In this document: positions 38,281 through 50,600 of the stretch, one piece after another
How positions within the stretch are numbered: position 1 is the stretch's first letter
How the letters are laid out: every line of letters begins with the position of its first letter
Assembly (NCBI GenBank): GCA_036172245.1
Contig: JAYWIR010000019.1
Location: 2,046,001 to 2,110,000 of the forward strand
Reading direction: 5' to 3'
From: Raillietiella orientalis
Lineage: Eukaryota
DNA: 64,000 nucleotides
Position numbers and translations under genes: made by a program
Notes under the pieces: generated by a model
Told to the model about the DNA's origin: nothing
What the model saw: only the letters and a program-made list of their open reading frames with translations
The model's database searches: none

Positions 38281-39532
38281 TCGACTCTCGATGCCTCCGG
38301 GTAGCTTCGGTGGTTCTTTCGTTATGGTTGGTGGTCTGCCCCACATTCCCGGAGCATGCCTCTTCTCGTGCGCCCGACCCCTGCTCTTTTCGCTGAGCTT
38401 CCGCCTTCCCCAGCTTCGCTCGCTCCCGAGATCCCAGAGGAGATCCCACCATGATGATTTCGACAGTGGACGGCGCCAGAGCCGGAATCCCTGTCACTTG
38501 GCCCCCCTTCCTCTGTCTCGCCCCTCCCAAACGAGAGCTCGAGACCTCACCCTGGGGCACGCGTTCGACCTGGAGTCTGCTCCCGAAGAAGCAAAGTCTG
38601 GAAGCTCCCAACTCCAGGCGTTTCGGGGTGACCTCCCGGGTTGCCGGCTCGTCTTGATCCCCCACGATCCTGGTTCTGCCTTCCCACCTTCCGCGTCTTT
38701 CGCTCAAGAGGGCAGCGTTGCCGCTGGTGGTGATGCCCGAGAAGGCAGAAGGCCGCCGCACGAACGGGTCCTCTGTCTACGAGCCGAAGGTGTTGACCGC
38801 CGCCACCCGGAGAAGCCCGACGCCGCGAGGAACAGCCTCTTTGCTCGATCCGGCTGTTCCGCAAGAGACGCCCGCGCTTCGTTGTGCCGAGTCGCGCGCA
38901 GGACGGAGAACCGTTCTCCTGCGCGCGTCGAATGCTGAGTCCTCTAAGTTGTCCATCTCGAGAACTTCTCTTCCAATAGTCCACTTTATCTCGGTCCACA
39001 AACTCTTTGTCGGTTCTCTTAGCGGCCGATAGTTCTCTGGCATGTCAACCGCCCCACGACAACCGCCCTTCTTCCCTTGGCGCGGCCTTCTCATGCGCTT
39101 TTGAGAGTTTTGGAAGGGCGTCCCGAGAGGCAGTTTGCTCCTGCTCTTGCAGTACCAAGTCGGTTCCGAGGAAGGAACCAGGGCTGGTTGCAGGTCATCA
39201 GCTCCCAATTCTTCTGAGCTCTTTGGATACGTTTCGCCATCTCGTGTTGCCTCAGTGAGGCTGCGGATGCGAGTGCGCGCGTGCGTGATTCCTCCAACGC
39301 TCCTTCGACGTATCCTGCTGCGTTCCTGGCGTTCGTGGTGGCAAGATGTTGAGCCCTGCGGCACGTGGCCACCGAACCTCGCATGGTCCACACCGAAATG
39401 GAAGCGTCTTGGCGCGAGACAGTGCTCCACTCCAGGCAGAGTCTTCCATTTTCCAGAAGAGCTACTTTTCCAGACGGAGGGCCCACGGTAGAGCGCACCT
39501 GGAACCGCTGGTAACAGGAGAATCCAGGTGCT
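38281..39532 (-). mobile_element. Degenerate non-LTR RT segment; near-identical to 2900-4133
   Basis: Same PENYRPL-containing peptides; about 98% identical by eye, plus a 15-bp extra segment at 39240-39254. Confidence 0.7.
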
Positions 39533-41639
39533 TCTCAGCTCTTTCCCAGCTCTTGAGTTGCGCGCAGGATGGAGGTGAGTTTCCTTCTCCAGTGCGCGTC
39601 GAATGTTGAGCTGCCACTCCAGCACGAGTGTCTCCAGCTGATCAGAATTTTTCTCACACGTTGCGCCACCACGCCGCGCGAAAAAATCCAACGGCTGCGA
39701 GGGCACGGGCCGGCCTATTCGTGCACCCTGGATGAAACCCAATTCTCCTGTCTTGCGTGTTTGAGGACGGATTCTCATCTTGTTTCGGATTCCCGGTGCC
39801 GGTCTGGGTTCTCGGTGCTTCCGAGTCGAGTCGACCGCTTCATCTTTTATCTTCCGCCAACTCATGCGCAGTTCCGAAAGGAAGATTTCCCGGATGGAGA
39901 AGGAATGTGGCCTTCAATGCTCTTCCTCGAAGGCAGCTGATTTTTCTTCGGCTTTCGCTCTCTTCGAAGCTCACTGCCTCCCTCCTGAAATGGTCCTGCG
40001 ATATGATGTGTGGAGAATCCCGGGTGGACGGGTCATGGATTAGCGTCTTGGGCTGTCCCCCCTCCCCTGCACTTCAGTCTTGACAACTCAAGTCTCGTAC
40101 CATTTCGTTTCACGTCTACTCACAGCTTGATAGGCGCTTCTCAGATGGCTTTTCGATACTGCAGCTTCCTTTGTCCGCAGTAGCCTTTCCTGATCTCTCT
40201 CCGTGCATCCACCCGCCTCGTCATGGCCTTTCTCTCAGAGCTCCCGAAACCTTCGAGCTACACCACCGAACAGTGAGAAGTGAGGGAGAGGGTGGGGGGG
40301 GGGGGAGAAAGCACCCAATTTGGAACGGGACGCTCGACTGCGCGCTGACTCTTCCCGGTCCAGATTTCAAGAGACTCTCTGGTCATGAATGAGGGACTCT
40401 GAGGATGTGGCGTTCGTTTGCCAATTAACAGACGGCACCTCGCCTCTTAACGCCTTTTCCGGCTCTCCTACGGCAGTGGATTCCTCCTCGGAGTACTGTG
40501 GCGCATGTGGCTATCAGACTCATGGGAAAAAAAAAAAAAGGAAAAAACCATCGCAGCGTTGACCTGACTTTCTGGAAGACCCTTGAAATCAGAGATGCAC
40601 CTAAAAATGAACACGTCGCTCGTGTAGGTTTTCCTGAGGAAGCATGTTTCCCCTGAAGAGATGCCTTCGGGCGTGGTTTCAGTGTGAGATCACGGGAACA
40701 GCAAGCTCTTTCGGATGGGAACCTTTCGGAAAGATCCACTTTTTTTTAGAAGGAAATAAACGGATGCGAAAACAATCCTGGTAACAAAGCAAATTGAAAA
40801 CAAAAAAAACAAAAGGTCCGACATTTCCGTAGTGCTTGTGCTGAACGAGAGATTCATGGCGTGGGGCCCCATGAGATGGCATTCTGCACGAGAAGATGCA
40901 AAGCCTTGTCGACAGGCTTTTCGTCTTTTAATTTCCTTATTTGGAATTCGGAAGGGTTTGAGCTTTCTGTGAGCGTTTTGAGAAGTGGGAGGCTGCCTCG
41001 CGGAGAGGCAACCCTTTGAGTTTCGGCGGATGATCTCTGGCGCGGGATGCAAACTGATGTCACGGCAAAGAGACGAGAAGATTAAATGCAAATCCACTGG
41101 AGTTTGCGTAGGTTGCCTTGCAAAGCAGAGCCATCTATCCGAAGAACGCACGACTGGACCGCATCCTAAGTGGCCTCAGAGTTCAAGGGAGCCACCCCTT
41201 TTCGCAGATGGCTGCTTGCATATCAATTAGAACGGATGCTGCAAGTCGTCAGCACATTGGCCACGGCTGTCGAATGTTAGGAACCTGCCTCCCCCTACTC
41301 CCTCCTCTCATCTTCCTTCCGATGCACCATTATGCAAGCAAGGAAACGGATATCTCCGATTTCCTCAGACAAGGGAGATGAGGAAGAGCACACATGAGCT
41401 GCCAATTCCTTGCCCGCTCCGGATCACGGGTTTTCATCTCTTCCGTGCTCGGCGGCGCATCTCCCCCCAACGAGATGGAGAAGATCCTGAGGGAAGAGGA
41501 AGGTCCACCTCTTCCCGAAACAGAGAACAATGCACTCTTCGGAAAGATCGCGTAGCCGCTCCGAAGGGAACCAAGAGCCGACCCGTGCGTCTCGCATCCC
41601 CCTTCCCGGAAACATACGCGGCGGCAGCACCCTCTCTGC

Positions 41640-41791
41640 GCGGGCCGCGTTGGCCTCCGCGCGTGGCACCAGGCGCCGCGGGTTCGAATCGCACCCGGGG
41701 AAGGATCCACGCCGAGAATAGGGGAGCGTCGTAGGTTTCCAGTTCCTTCCACAAGATGACGCTGGTTGGACCATTAGAGTGCGACACTGGT
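41640..41791 (+). mobile_element. SINE copy F, tRNA-like head up to the insertion site
   Basis: GGGTTCGAATCGCACCCGGGGAAGGATC, CAAGATGACGCTGGTTGG, ending GTGCGACACTGGT. Confidence 0.75.
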
Positions 41792-43520
41792 TGACACCCG
41801 GTCACTCTGGGACGTTAATTTATAAAAAAATAAACGAAGACTTCTGTGGCAGGACGTTTGATCCTACCACGTTACTTAAGAATACGAAAAGGAACCTGCC
41901 GGGATCTGGCACGCAGGTGAACGGGGTTCGCCTCGGCAGCGCAGAAGAAGGGGAGACAAACAAAAAGAAAAAACAAAAAACATACAGTCAAAAGAATGTG
42001 GGGATTCTGGAAGGGATCACTGTGTGCTGGAGAGCATCCCTGTGAGGATGCCGACAAGTTTCTGTTTCAAGGCTCCCAGATGGGGGCCATCTTGACACTA
42101 TCTTCGAGGAGAGAACAGCAAAATAGACGACGTCCCTCTCGTTCTGGCCTCCTCTGGCGTTGCTGCTCCATGCAGCCACGAGGTCGCGTAGGCAGCAAAG
42201 TGCTGCTAGGGAGGGATGCGGCCGGCATGAGGGCGTCGTGCCCGCCCCATCCCTAGCAGCGTCGCGCTGGCGTGAGGCGTAGCGCAGGAAGAGGAGCTTT
42301 ACTACGTCTCTGGGCTTGCCGACGGGAGTTCATTGGTCGCGGAAAAGCGCCCCCAAAGGAAATGGAGGGCAACACAGTCCATTGGGAGGTGCGGGAGGGA
42401 TTCAGGTTCCCCTCACCTGACGCAGTTCGGGTCCACGCATTCCCCCTGTGTCCAGTGACGACGGCGGGCGTCGCACGAGAGGCCCCGGTGCAGCAGCATC
42501 AACGCCGACTCCTGCCACTTTAAGGGGAGGGTACGGATGTTCATGAGCACCAGGGGCCACTGCAGGTTTTCCTCCGGAATACCAGTAGGACGTCCCAGCG
42601 CAAAAGTCCACGAGGTCGAGCACTCGGGGTTGCAGCGTCGGTGGGCTGGCCCGTCGTCCACTCTCTCAGTCCTCTTCTCCTCCAAAGATTCCACCCATCT
42701 AGCCGGAAGGCTACTGCCCATATGCTACCTAAGGGAGGGCAGCGCGGCGGCGAGGGAGATTCTGCTTGCTCTTCGCGGGATCTTCCAGGATCTCCTGGAG
42801 CGTGCAGTTGTTACGCGCGTACAGGAAACGACAGACTTTTCCCGCGCTTGGCTCCTGGATCCTCGCCCACGTGCGAACGGTTCCCTGCAACCAGGCACTG
42901 CTGTTCTCTGGGAGGCACCAGACCCATCCGTTTTTCCTGACCAGCGTGGCCACCTGCCGATGTTGTATTCCGCAGTGGGTGAGGCTGCGTGGAGGGCGCG
43001 CAAGGAAGGACGCGAGTCCCACGCTGCCTGTGGCTTGCTGGACGAGGAGGCGTGCAGGTTGGTTCAGGTGGTGCTCCACAGGTTTGCCACGATGGCGAGT
43101 GTTCGAAGCTGGAGCTGGAACTCCATCCGCGCCAGGGTCAGGGGAGACCTAGGCCGCCGTCCCGGCGCGGAGCACACAAGTCCTTTAGGCGGACTCGAGA
43201 CCGACCTTACTTTGCCCTAGAGGGCGTTCCAAAGGAAGTCCTTTGTTCGCTTTTTAATGCTGCATGGCAGGGGTCAAACAAAAAGCAGGGAGATGGCGGA
43301 GGAAGGGAGTCACAAACGTGTTCCACACCGCGGCCCGTTCCGGCAGACAAAACGTCTCTCTTTGGAACGTGTCGAGAGCCTGCAGTGCTTTCTGAAGACG
43401 ACTGGACCAGGTTTCTGCGAAGCAGAAGTCCCCAAACGGAACGTCCAGGTACTTCAAGTACTGTTCCGTGGGGATCCTCAGGCGGATCCAGTCCGGACGC
43501 CCTGCCCACTCCAGGCTACC
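41792..43520 (-). mobile_element. 5'-truncated L1/Tx1-like LINE flanked by an ACACTGGT duplication
   Basis: Reverse-complement homologue of ~15730-17292 (KYLDVPFG, KWQESALMLLHRGL..CVDPNCVR); ACACTGGT at 41784-41791 and 43521-43528. Confidence 0.9.
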
Positions 43521-43910
43521 ACACTGGTGGAAACCGGAAACCGGACGCCCCGTTGACTGGCCAGGATTGGGAGTTGACTTTCTGGAGTCCTTCCAAGAAT
43601 CAAGAAGCCATGATTCCCTTCGGGGTCTTCTTCAAAGACAACCAGGGCGAACCAGGTGTCCCTCCCAAGCGGAAGAGAGGAGTGGAACTTATCCTCGGAG
43701 CCTTCTTGGATCCATAGGGTGGTCCCTCCAGGGTTGACCTTAACATGAATAGTTGCCCGTACCCTCGGCATGGAGCAGTGCCGAGGAGCTTCTTCAGCCG
43801 CTCCTGAGGAGGCGAGCCAGGGTCGGAAGCATTTGGCGAACCCTACCCCTCCCTCCTCCCCCAAAAAGAAAAGCTGAAAGGAAAACGGGAGGACCCCAAA
43901 GGATTTCCAT
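43521..43910 (+). mobile_element. SINE copy F, body resuming after the LINE
   Basis: ACACTGGTGGAAACCGGAAAC..GTTGACTGGCCAGGATTGGGAGTTGAC, CCCTTCGGGG and GGATCCATAGGGTGGTCCC. Confidence 0.75.
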
Positions 43911-44944
43911 CATCGTCGGCCAATAGCGCCTCCGCATCCACAAAGCGCACGTATGATGGTTCCTGGTTCCCGGGACTGCATTTGCTCGAGAGGAGATGGC
44001 ACTCCCACCGAGCCTCCTCCGCAGCCACTTAAGAGGAACTCATGCAACCGTTTCGCGATCCCTGCTCTCGCTTGGAATATGGGGAAGAGCTGCTCATAGT
44101 ATATCTTCCTGTTGCTGCTGCTCTGAGCCCTCCGAGAACCGCAACAGTGTTGGACCCGGACGGTTTCGCTCCCCTTGGACGGCAGGTAGGCAGTCGAAAG
44201 GGGTGAGAGACGGTAACGCGGGAGCGGACGTTCCTGGAAGGGAATTTCTGTATCAGCGAAGGCTACATCAGCGGCAGAAAAGGGAGGAAGAGGGGAAGGA
44301 AGGAGGAAAAGGGAGGAGCGGAAAGGGAGGAGGAGGAGAACTTCATTCGGCATGGCAGCGTCTTCTCAATTTCCCACGCCAGCCTCCTACGCGTGACTCC
44401 CACCCATCCACAGGAACTGACATCTGCCGTCTCTTCATGGAGATGGACCGCCACTCTCGCGGTGCAGCGGAGAGAGGGGTGCAAGAGGGGGATCCCTACC
44501 TCAAGAGAGTGCTGCATCTCTCCCTCCTCTCTGAGTGGACCCCTAGAAAAAAGTGGACGAGAGCCACGTGTCCGTTTCGAATCTTTCGGCTGTTGCTTCC
44601 GGCCTCTTTTCCTGTTTTCCGCTCGCGTCTCGAAAATTTCCCTGAGGGAGCAATCGGAAGCAGGGAGGAGGGGGTTCCTCCGATTGCTTGGTAATTTTCC
44701 CAGCTCCGTGTGGTCCCCTGATCCGGGAGAGCCCGCGTCGGCGGCTTCCGCGCGCCGTAGAGGATCGACACAGAGAACGGGTGAGTTCGCAGGATGCAGG
44801 TCGGCTCGCGGGCTTCGGTGTGACACTGGAATGACTCTTGGAGACCGGGTGACCCCACCGACTAGCCGGAGTTGGAAGCAGACCCTCAGAGGTCCTTCCG
44901 CGAGTCTCAGCCTCAGGGTTTCCCTTCCAATTCGCGTCAAAGAA

Positions 44945-45310
44945 CTGACCTTCCCTTCGGGGGGCCCCCCGTCTAGTCGATAGAGTCCATTTCCTCCTCG
45001 GGGGTCCTCCCCAGTGAGCCAGAAGCGCCCTTCCTTCGGGAAAACTCTCCATAGAAAATTGGAGCGTTCCTTTGTGGGTTCCCTTTGGAGAAGAAATCAG
45101 GAGTGGGCTTTCTCCCTAGAGAAAAGGAGATTGGATTCCATCTTCGGGGTCCCCTGGATTATTAGGGTGGTCCCTTTGAGGTTCGTGCTGGCTGAGTTAC
45201 ATGCACCCTCGGGTGGCATTTAAAGAACTTAATGAGCCCCTGCAAAGGCATCGCAGGGTCTCTCCGATGCCCCGAAGAGGTCAACGATTCATGAGTCATG
45301 GTAAACCCAG
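44945..45310 (+). mobile_element. SINE copy G, diverged 3' part
   Basis: CCCTTCGGGG variants, TAGGGTGGTCCC and GCACCCTCGGGTGGC. Confidence 0.6.
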
Positions 45311-45320
45311 GAAACCTGAG

Positions 45321-45813
45321 CTAGGTAAATTAGTTTTAGGGGGGGGTCATGTTGTCTGATTAGGTTTGGTTCAGAGGGTAGGCAGGGTAGGGTAGGGTGG
45401 GATAAGGTAGTTTAAGGCAGGTGGGGTGAGTGATTTTAGGTTAGGTTAGGTGTGGTAAAGGTTAGGTTAGGAATGCTAGGTGCGGTTAAGTTAGGTCTAG
45501 GGTGTAGGTTAGGTTACGTTAGATGGTAAAGGTTAGGGAAAGCTAGGTTAAGTTTAGGGGATAGGTAGGGTAGGGTGGGATTGGGTAGTTGATTGGGATT
45601 AGGTTAAGTGAGGTGCGGTTAAGTTTGGTCTAGAAGATAAGTTAGGTTACGTTAGGATAGGTCAGTTTAGGTGAGGTGAGGCTAGGTTGTGTGAGGCTAG
45701 GATAGGTTAGAGAAGGGTACGGTAATTGGTTTTAGGTTATATGTGATTTGGTGTGGTGAGGTTAGATGAGGTGAGGCTAGGTTTGGTTTAGAGGTAGGTT
45801 CGGTCACATTAGG
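45321..45813 (+). repeat. Degenerate (TTAGG)n telomere-like array 1
   Basis: TTAGG/TGAGG/TAGGG pentamers; GGGTAGGGTAGGGTGGG at 45385-45401; internal ~133-bp higher-order duplication (45479-45523 / 45612-45655). Confidence 0.85.
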
Positions 45814-46964
45814 TCACGTCTGTGAACACGTCCCTCAGTAGGAAGAGCGGTAGGGAGTTTGTTCCGACCGTCTGTGCTGCCTCAGTTGGGGTAAAGCAGC
45901 AAAGTGATCGTGCGCGTGGCTCCGGAAAGAAATCCGGATGAAGCTAAGGGGGACCCTCGCTGTTGTGGAAGTTCCGTGTGCCACCGCTGGCTGCCACGCC
46001 AGGTGCATCGCAGCAGCACTGTCGTCTCAACCGTTGTAGTTCTTTGAGAGTCGGCGCTGCGTTTGTGCTGAGAGCCGCGAAAGCCACGGCTGCTGCAGAG
46101 GCAGTTTTTTTCTCCAGGAAGGATCAGGAGCCGTTTCTGGAGGAACGGTGGAGCTGGAATTCCTGCCTCCCAGTGCTGTCCCCCTGTTCCCCTCCCCCCC
46201 CCCGCGCAGTCCGTTTCGAGTCCGAGGAAGACTTCAGGCGGAGCCGCTCGTCCGGTCTCATTCACGACTCCCTAGTGCGAGCACCGTCAGCTGGCAATTT
46301 GCAAGGACCACCGGCGTTTCCCGTCGAAGATGACCTGCCCTTTCCGCTTTGGAGGAGCCTGCAAGAAAACGTCCCGGGTCCAAAGGCGCTGCACACCCGA
46401 GGCACGAAATGCAATTGCTCACGCGCACGCTTAGCAAAAGGTTTCCGACGATCTGATGCTCTTCCTGCTGTGTGATCAGCTTCCAGAACCAAAGGGAAAC
46501 TGATTTGAACCGTCTCGATTCAAAGGGAGGCACCGCAGATGAGTGACCTGCTCCCTGAATAGACAAGGCAGGGCAACACGCCCGCTAATTATGCAAATGA
46601 GAACGGCAGCGATGGAAGCCTCGAATGCCGAGGTTTCCCATGGTTCGTTCCGCAAGCAACGAGCGCACCGACCTCTTCCTCTCGGTCGAAGGTCGAGGCT
46701 GCAGTTTGGAGCGAGTCCGCGCTTTTCGTAAGTGGCGCCCGCAGCGGGCGCAACCTCCGTGCAGGGGCGCGGATGCAAGGCTTTTCGGGGTGCAGTAAGC
46801 ATCCGCTTGGCAGCGTCGCAGGCCCATCCCAGCCCTGTCGCGCGCCCTTCGCCCTTTTCACCGGAGGCGAAATTTCTGACGGTGGCAAGGAGTGGTCCCC
46901 GCCACGAATCTTTGAATTCATCAGCTCGTGCGTTGGTTCATTCCACTCCTGAGCAGCCCCCGAT

Positions 46965-47020
46965 GGCCGCGATCGGACTCCGCGCGTAGCACCGAGAGGT
47001 ACCGGGTTCGAATACCCATG
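46965..47020 (+). mobile_element. SINE copy H, head (tail-like sequence at ~47270-47338)
   Basis: GGCCGCGATCGGACTCCGCGCGTAGCACCGAGAGGTACCGGGTTCGAATACCC resembles the copy F head. Confidence 0.55.
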
Positions 47021-47338
47021 GCGTGCCGGCGCCCATTGGGGCGCGTCGTGGGTTATCGAGCCTCCGCATGATGGCATCGACTGCGTAGGCACTGGTAGGA
47101 CGCTCTCGCGTCCACAGCTGGATGTGGATGCCACCGGTGCCAGCAGTCGGGAATCAAGAGTGGTAGAGCTTGTTCGCTCCGCGCGCATCTCGTGCGTGTC
47201 AAAGTGGATTCGTCCTGCGTCAGCCCCCCCCCCCCCCCGTGGCAATGTTGTCGAGCCGCGTGATGCCCCTATAAAAGGATTCTTGAGTTCTTGAACTAAG
47301 AAAAGGAAAACCAGGGGAAAAAAAAAAAAGCTGAAAGG

Positions 47339-47640
47339 ATTAGGTTAGGTTAGGTAGATGAGTTTTAAGGGGTGGGTTGGGTCATGTTATGTTTGGCAAC
47401 GTTAGATTAGATGAGGTGAGTTTAAATCGGATTAGAGTAGGGCAGGGTAAGGAATTTGGGGTTAGGTTAGATTAGGTTAGGAGTGGTGCGATTAGTTTAG
47501 GTAGGGACAGGTCGGGTTTAGGGGTAGTCGAGGTGAGGTGCAGTTATGGTGGTAGGGGCTAGGTTAGGTTACATCAGTTGAGTGAGGTGTGGTGGGTTTA
47601 GATTAGGATGGGTTTGGCTTGGAGGTAGATTAGATTGCAT
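47339..47640 (+). repeat. Degenerate (TTAGG)n telomere-like array 2
   Basis: TTAGGTTAGGTTAGG start followed by degenerate pentamers. Confidence 0.85.
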
Positions 47641-50600
47641 TAAGCCACGTCTGAGAACACGCCCCTCGGTAGGGTTGCAGTGGGTAGTCTGTGCTGACCG
47701 TCGGTGCTGATGCAGTTGGTGCGAAGCAACGAAAATGAGCGACTGCTTCGGTGATGCTGATTTCTTCTCGTAAGCAGGAGCTCGGGATTTCGTCTTGATT
47801 GCTTTTGATCTTGCAGCTGGAACGCCAGCATCTAAAGTCTTCTCTATTTTCCTTTTTGGAAAGCAATCTGGATGCTCATTGGGGATCACTGCAGATTCTG
47901 ATAGTGTCGGGCACAGAGTGAATAGATAAGGAGAAGAATGGGAAAACATGGGCTGATAACAGTTCGTGCTCCAAGAGCTGACATTCCGTCGCAAATCATC
48001 CGGGGAAATCGGAAATCTCGCCGAAGATTAATGATGCTCTTTTGAACGCTTCTCTGCGTCTCTGGGAACGGGACACTTCCCTGTTCCACAGTGTTTTCGA
48101 CGGCCGTCGGTTTCGATCCACTTTCGAGTGATGGGCTCTCTCTCACATGCTAAGACACCCACACGATCTCTCTTTTCAGCCTGTTTTGTTATTCTTGCGT
48201 TTTGGTTCCTCCGCGGATCTTTGCGAGCTCAGCTTCGCTGCAACCGTGAGCCGGAGGGTGGTAATCAAGCAAAGAATGCATAAACAAAGGCTGTTTGCAC
48301 CATGAAGCCAACCAGAAACAAATTAGAGGAGTTAGTGATCCGCCGAGTTCGTGTATGAGAGTGTGTGTTGGCTGCGCGTGTTTTTGGTGCTCCTCCTTTC
48401 GCGGAGGCAAACAAGCGTTCTTTTCATCATGTTATCTCCAGAAACGGATTTCCTTTTTTTGCACTGTTTTCATCAAGGATCGTTGTGTTTTCCTTCCTAA
48501 TAGACTCGTGGACCCACCTCCTTGTGGCAGCTGTGTGAGGTTTCGTACCCGTTCCGTCCGATCTCATCGAACATTTAGAGGACATTTTTCAACCCCGCGG
48601 CGGCTTAGTATTTTCTAGAAGCTGTGGTTCCGCAATCTTCATCGAAGAGGAAACGCATGTATTGAGAGAAAACATGATGACAGCTCATCCGGCGGCCCTA
48701 TGAGTCAATTTCTTTAATGAACCGATCACATCCAAAAGGAGGAGAGAAGGAAAAAAAAGAAAAAAAAAAAATTGACGATGAACCACAACTACTTGAGCGA
48801 AAGATGCGTTCCTCTTTGTGAGAAGGGTGTTTATCGCTACTTCAGGATGCTTCTGATTAAAGAAAGCCGGGTTGTTTGCATGTGCCTTGCTAAAAGTCTT
48901 TTCAGGTGAATGCCCAACAGCACTGCTGGCAGAAGAATAGTTGCGGAGCTTTGGAACCAAAGCAGTCAGATGGCAGACGACTCTTGCTTCAAGGGGAGTC
49001 CTTCCTTCTTGGTCACCACCTGAAGGTCCGACATGCGCGAAATTCAGGAAGTGAGGGAGAGGGAAAATTCGAGGAATCCTTAGGAAAACGAATCTCTCCG
49101 GAAACTCCCTGCAAGGGAAAGCCGGTAGCTTGTGGGATACGGAGTGCTCGTGAACTGAATACACCGTTCATTAGGGTCATTCATTAGGTTCATTAGGTTC
49201 ACCGGTCATTAAGGCAGACTGGCTGTCATTCGAAAGAGGTGCTCAAGCAGGCAAATGGAACTGAGCCACAGTTGTCCCTTTTCCTCTCGTCGCGTTCCTC
49301 CATTCATCGATAACGGGGTGAGCAAACTCGATTCCTCTATTTTGCTTTCCAAAATGCATCGTGGAAGAAGATTCCCATTTCGGTTTGTCACTGTACCAAC
49401 ATCCAGCGTTATTGTAGCAAATCACCTAAATTTGAAAGAGCCGAATAAACTTTCAGCCTACCTTCTGGAAAAGAGAGGTGAAGTCTTTTTGTGTTTGGCA
49501 AAGAAGAGGAACGGCTCCGTTCTTTGCGAAGCTGCTTGGAGAATGAAGGAAAAGTTTGCAGCTTTGTTTTATTTTTTTCAAAATAGACGTACCGGCGTAA
49601 CCGGGTTCAAACCTCGTGGAAAAGCGGCGCGCGTTTCTGTGGTCTTTTCCCGTAACCAGCAAATCCTCATCTGGAAATTCACTACTGTCCTTTGCCTGCT
49701 TGTTTTCCTGAGATTGGTTTTCGAAAGGAAAAAAAAAGCTGCAAGTCAGAGGGGAAAAGCATCCCCTCAAAAACAGGAAATGCCCAAAAAAAAGAAGTCC
49801 CTTTGGTTAACCGCCGGCTTCCAAAAAAGTAGGAAATGGAGGGTGGGAACAATAAATAAATAAAAAAAGACGGGAGAGTGAAGATAGGGGTCTTTGGTTT
49901 GAGACATTTCTTGCGTTCTAAAAGCTGTGTGGATGGTGACGATCTCCTTGGCGACTTCTTCTGGCAGATGAGGCCACCTTGCTGCTGTCTTCGAGGCAGA
50001 GATCTCGTGGAACTACGCCTTTCCTCCTGCCGTGCTGCGAAGACAACCGGATTCCCTGAGGCCTGAGCATCACGTGGACTGCATGTGCCAGATAGCCAGT
50101 GTCGAGATTGACACGAAAAATCAAGAAACCTGGAGCTCGAGCGCAGGATTTTCAATGAAAATGCTGCGAGAGCTGCAGAGCTGCCGAGAAAAAGGTGGAA
50201 CAGGCAACTAGCTTGACTTGAAAGAATCTAATACTTTGAAAGAAGATTAGACGGGAAGGAGGTGAGCTCTCCAAAGATGGTAATATTGAGGGTTTTTCTT
50301 GTTTTTTTCGTAAAGAATTGGTGGATGTGATTTTGAGGTAAGGCTGATCGGCATATCCTTGATAATGTCCTGATGATGTATCTTCTGATTTACTACTTAG
50401 ACAGTGAACGTAGATGACAGCCCAAAAGAAGTCTCCTTAGAGTTCCTTGAAGTTGTGCTTGATCCTTTGTGATTTTCGGGTTTCAGCACTTTGGGGAGCT
50501 CACGGTCACTATTTCAGGAGTTCACCACTTGACCATCATTCCTCGTCTCATTCTTTCCTCACCTTCTCTTCCATCCTTTTTTGATCCTTACTCTCCTTCC

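Noticed and set aside
45321..45813. True telomere or chromosome-fusion scar
   Set aside because: Arrays are highly degenerate, short and in the same orientation, not head-to-head.
49878..50100. CVDGDDLL as an RT YADD-like motif
   Set aside because: Isolated motif without convincing neighbouring RT domains.
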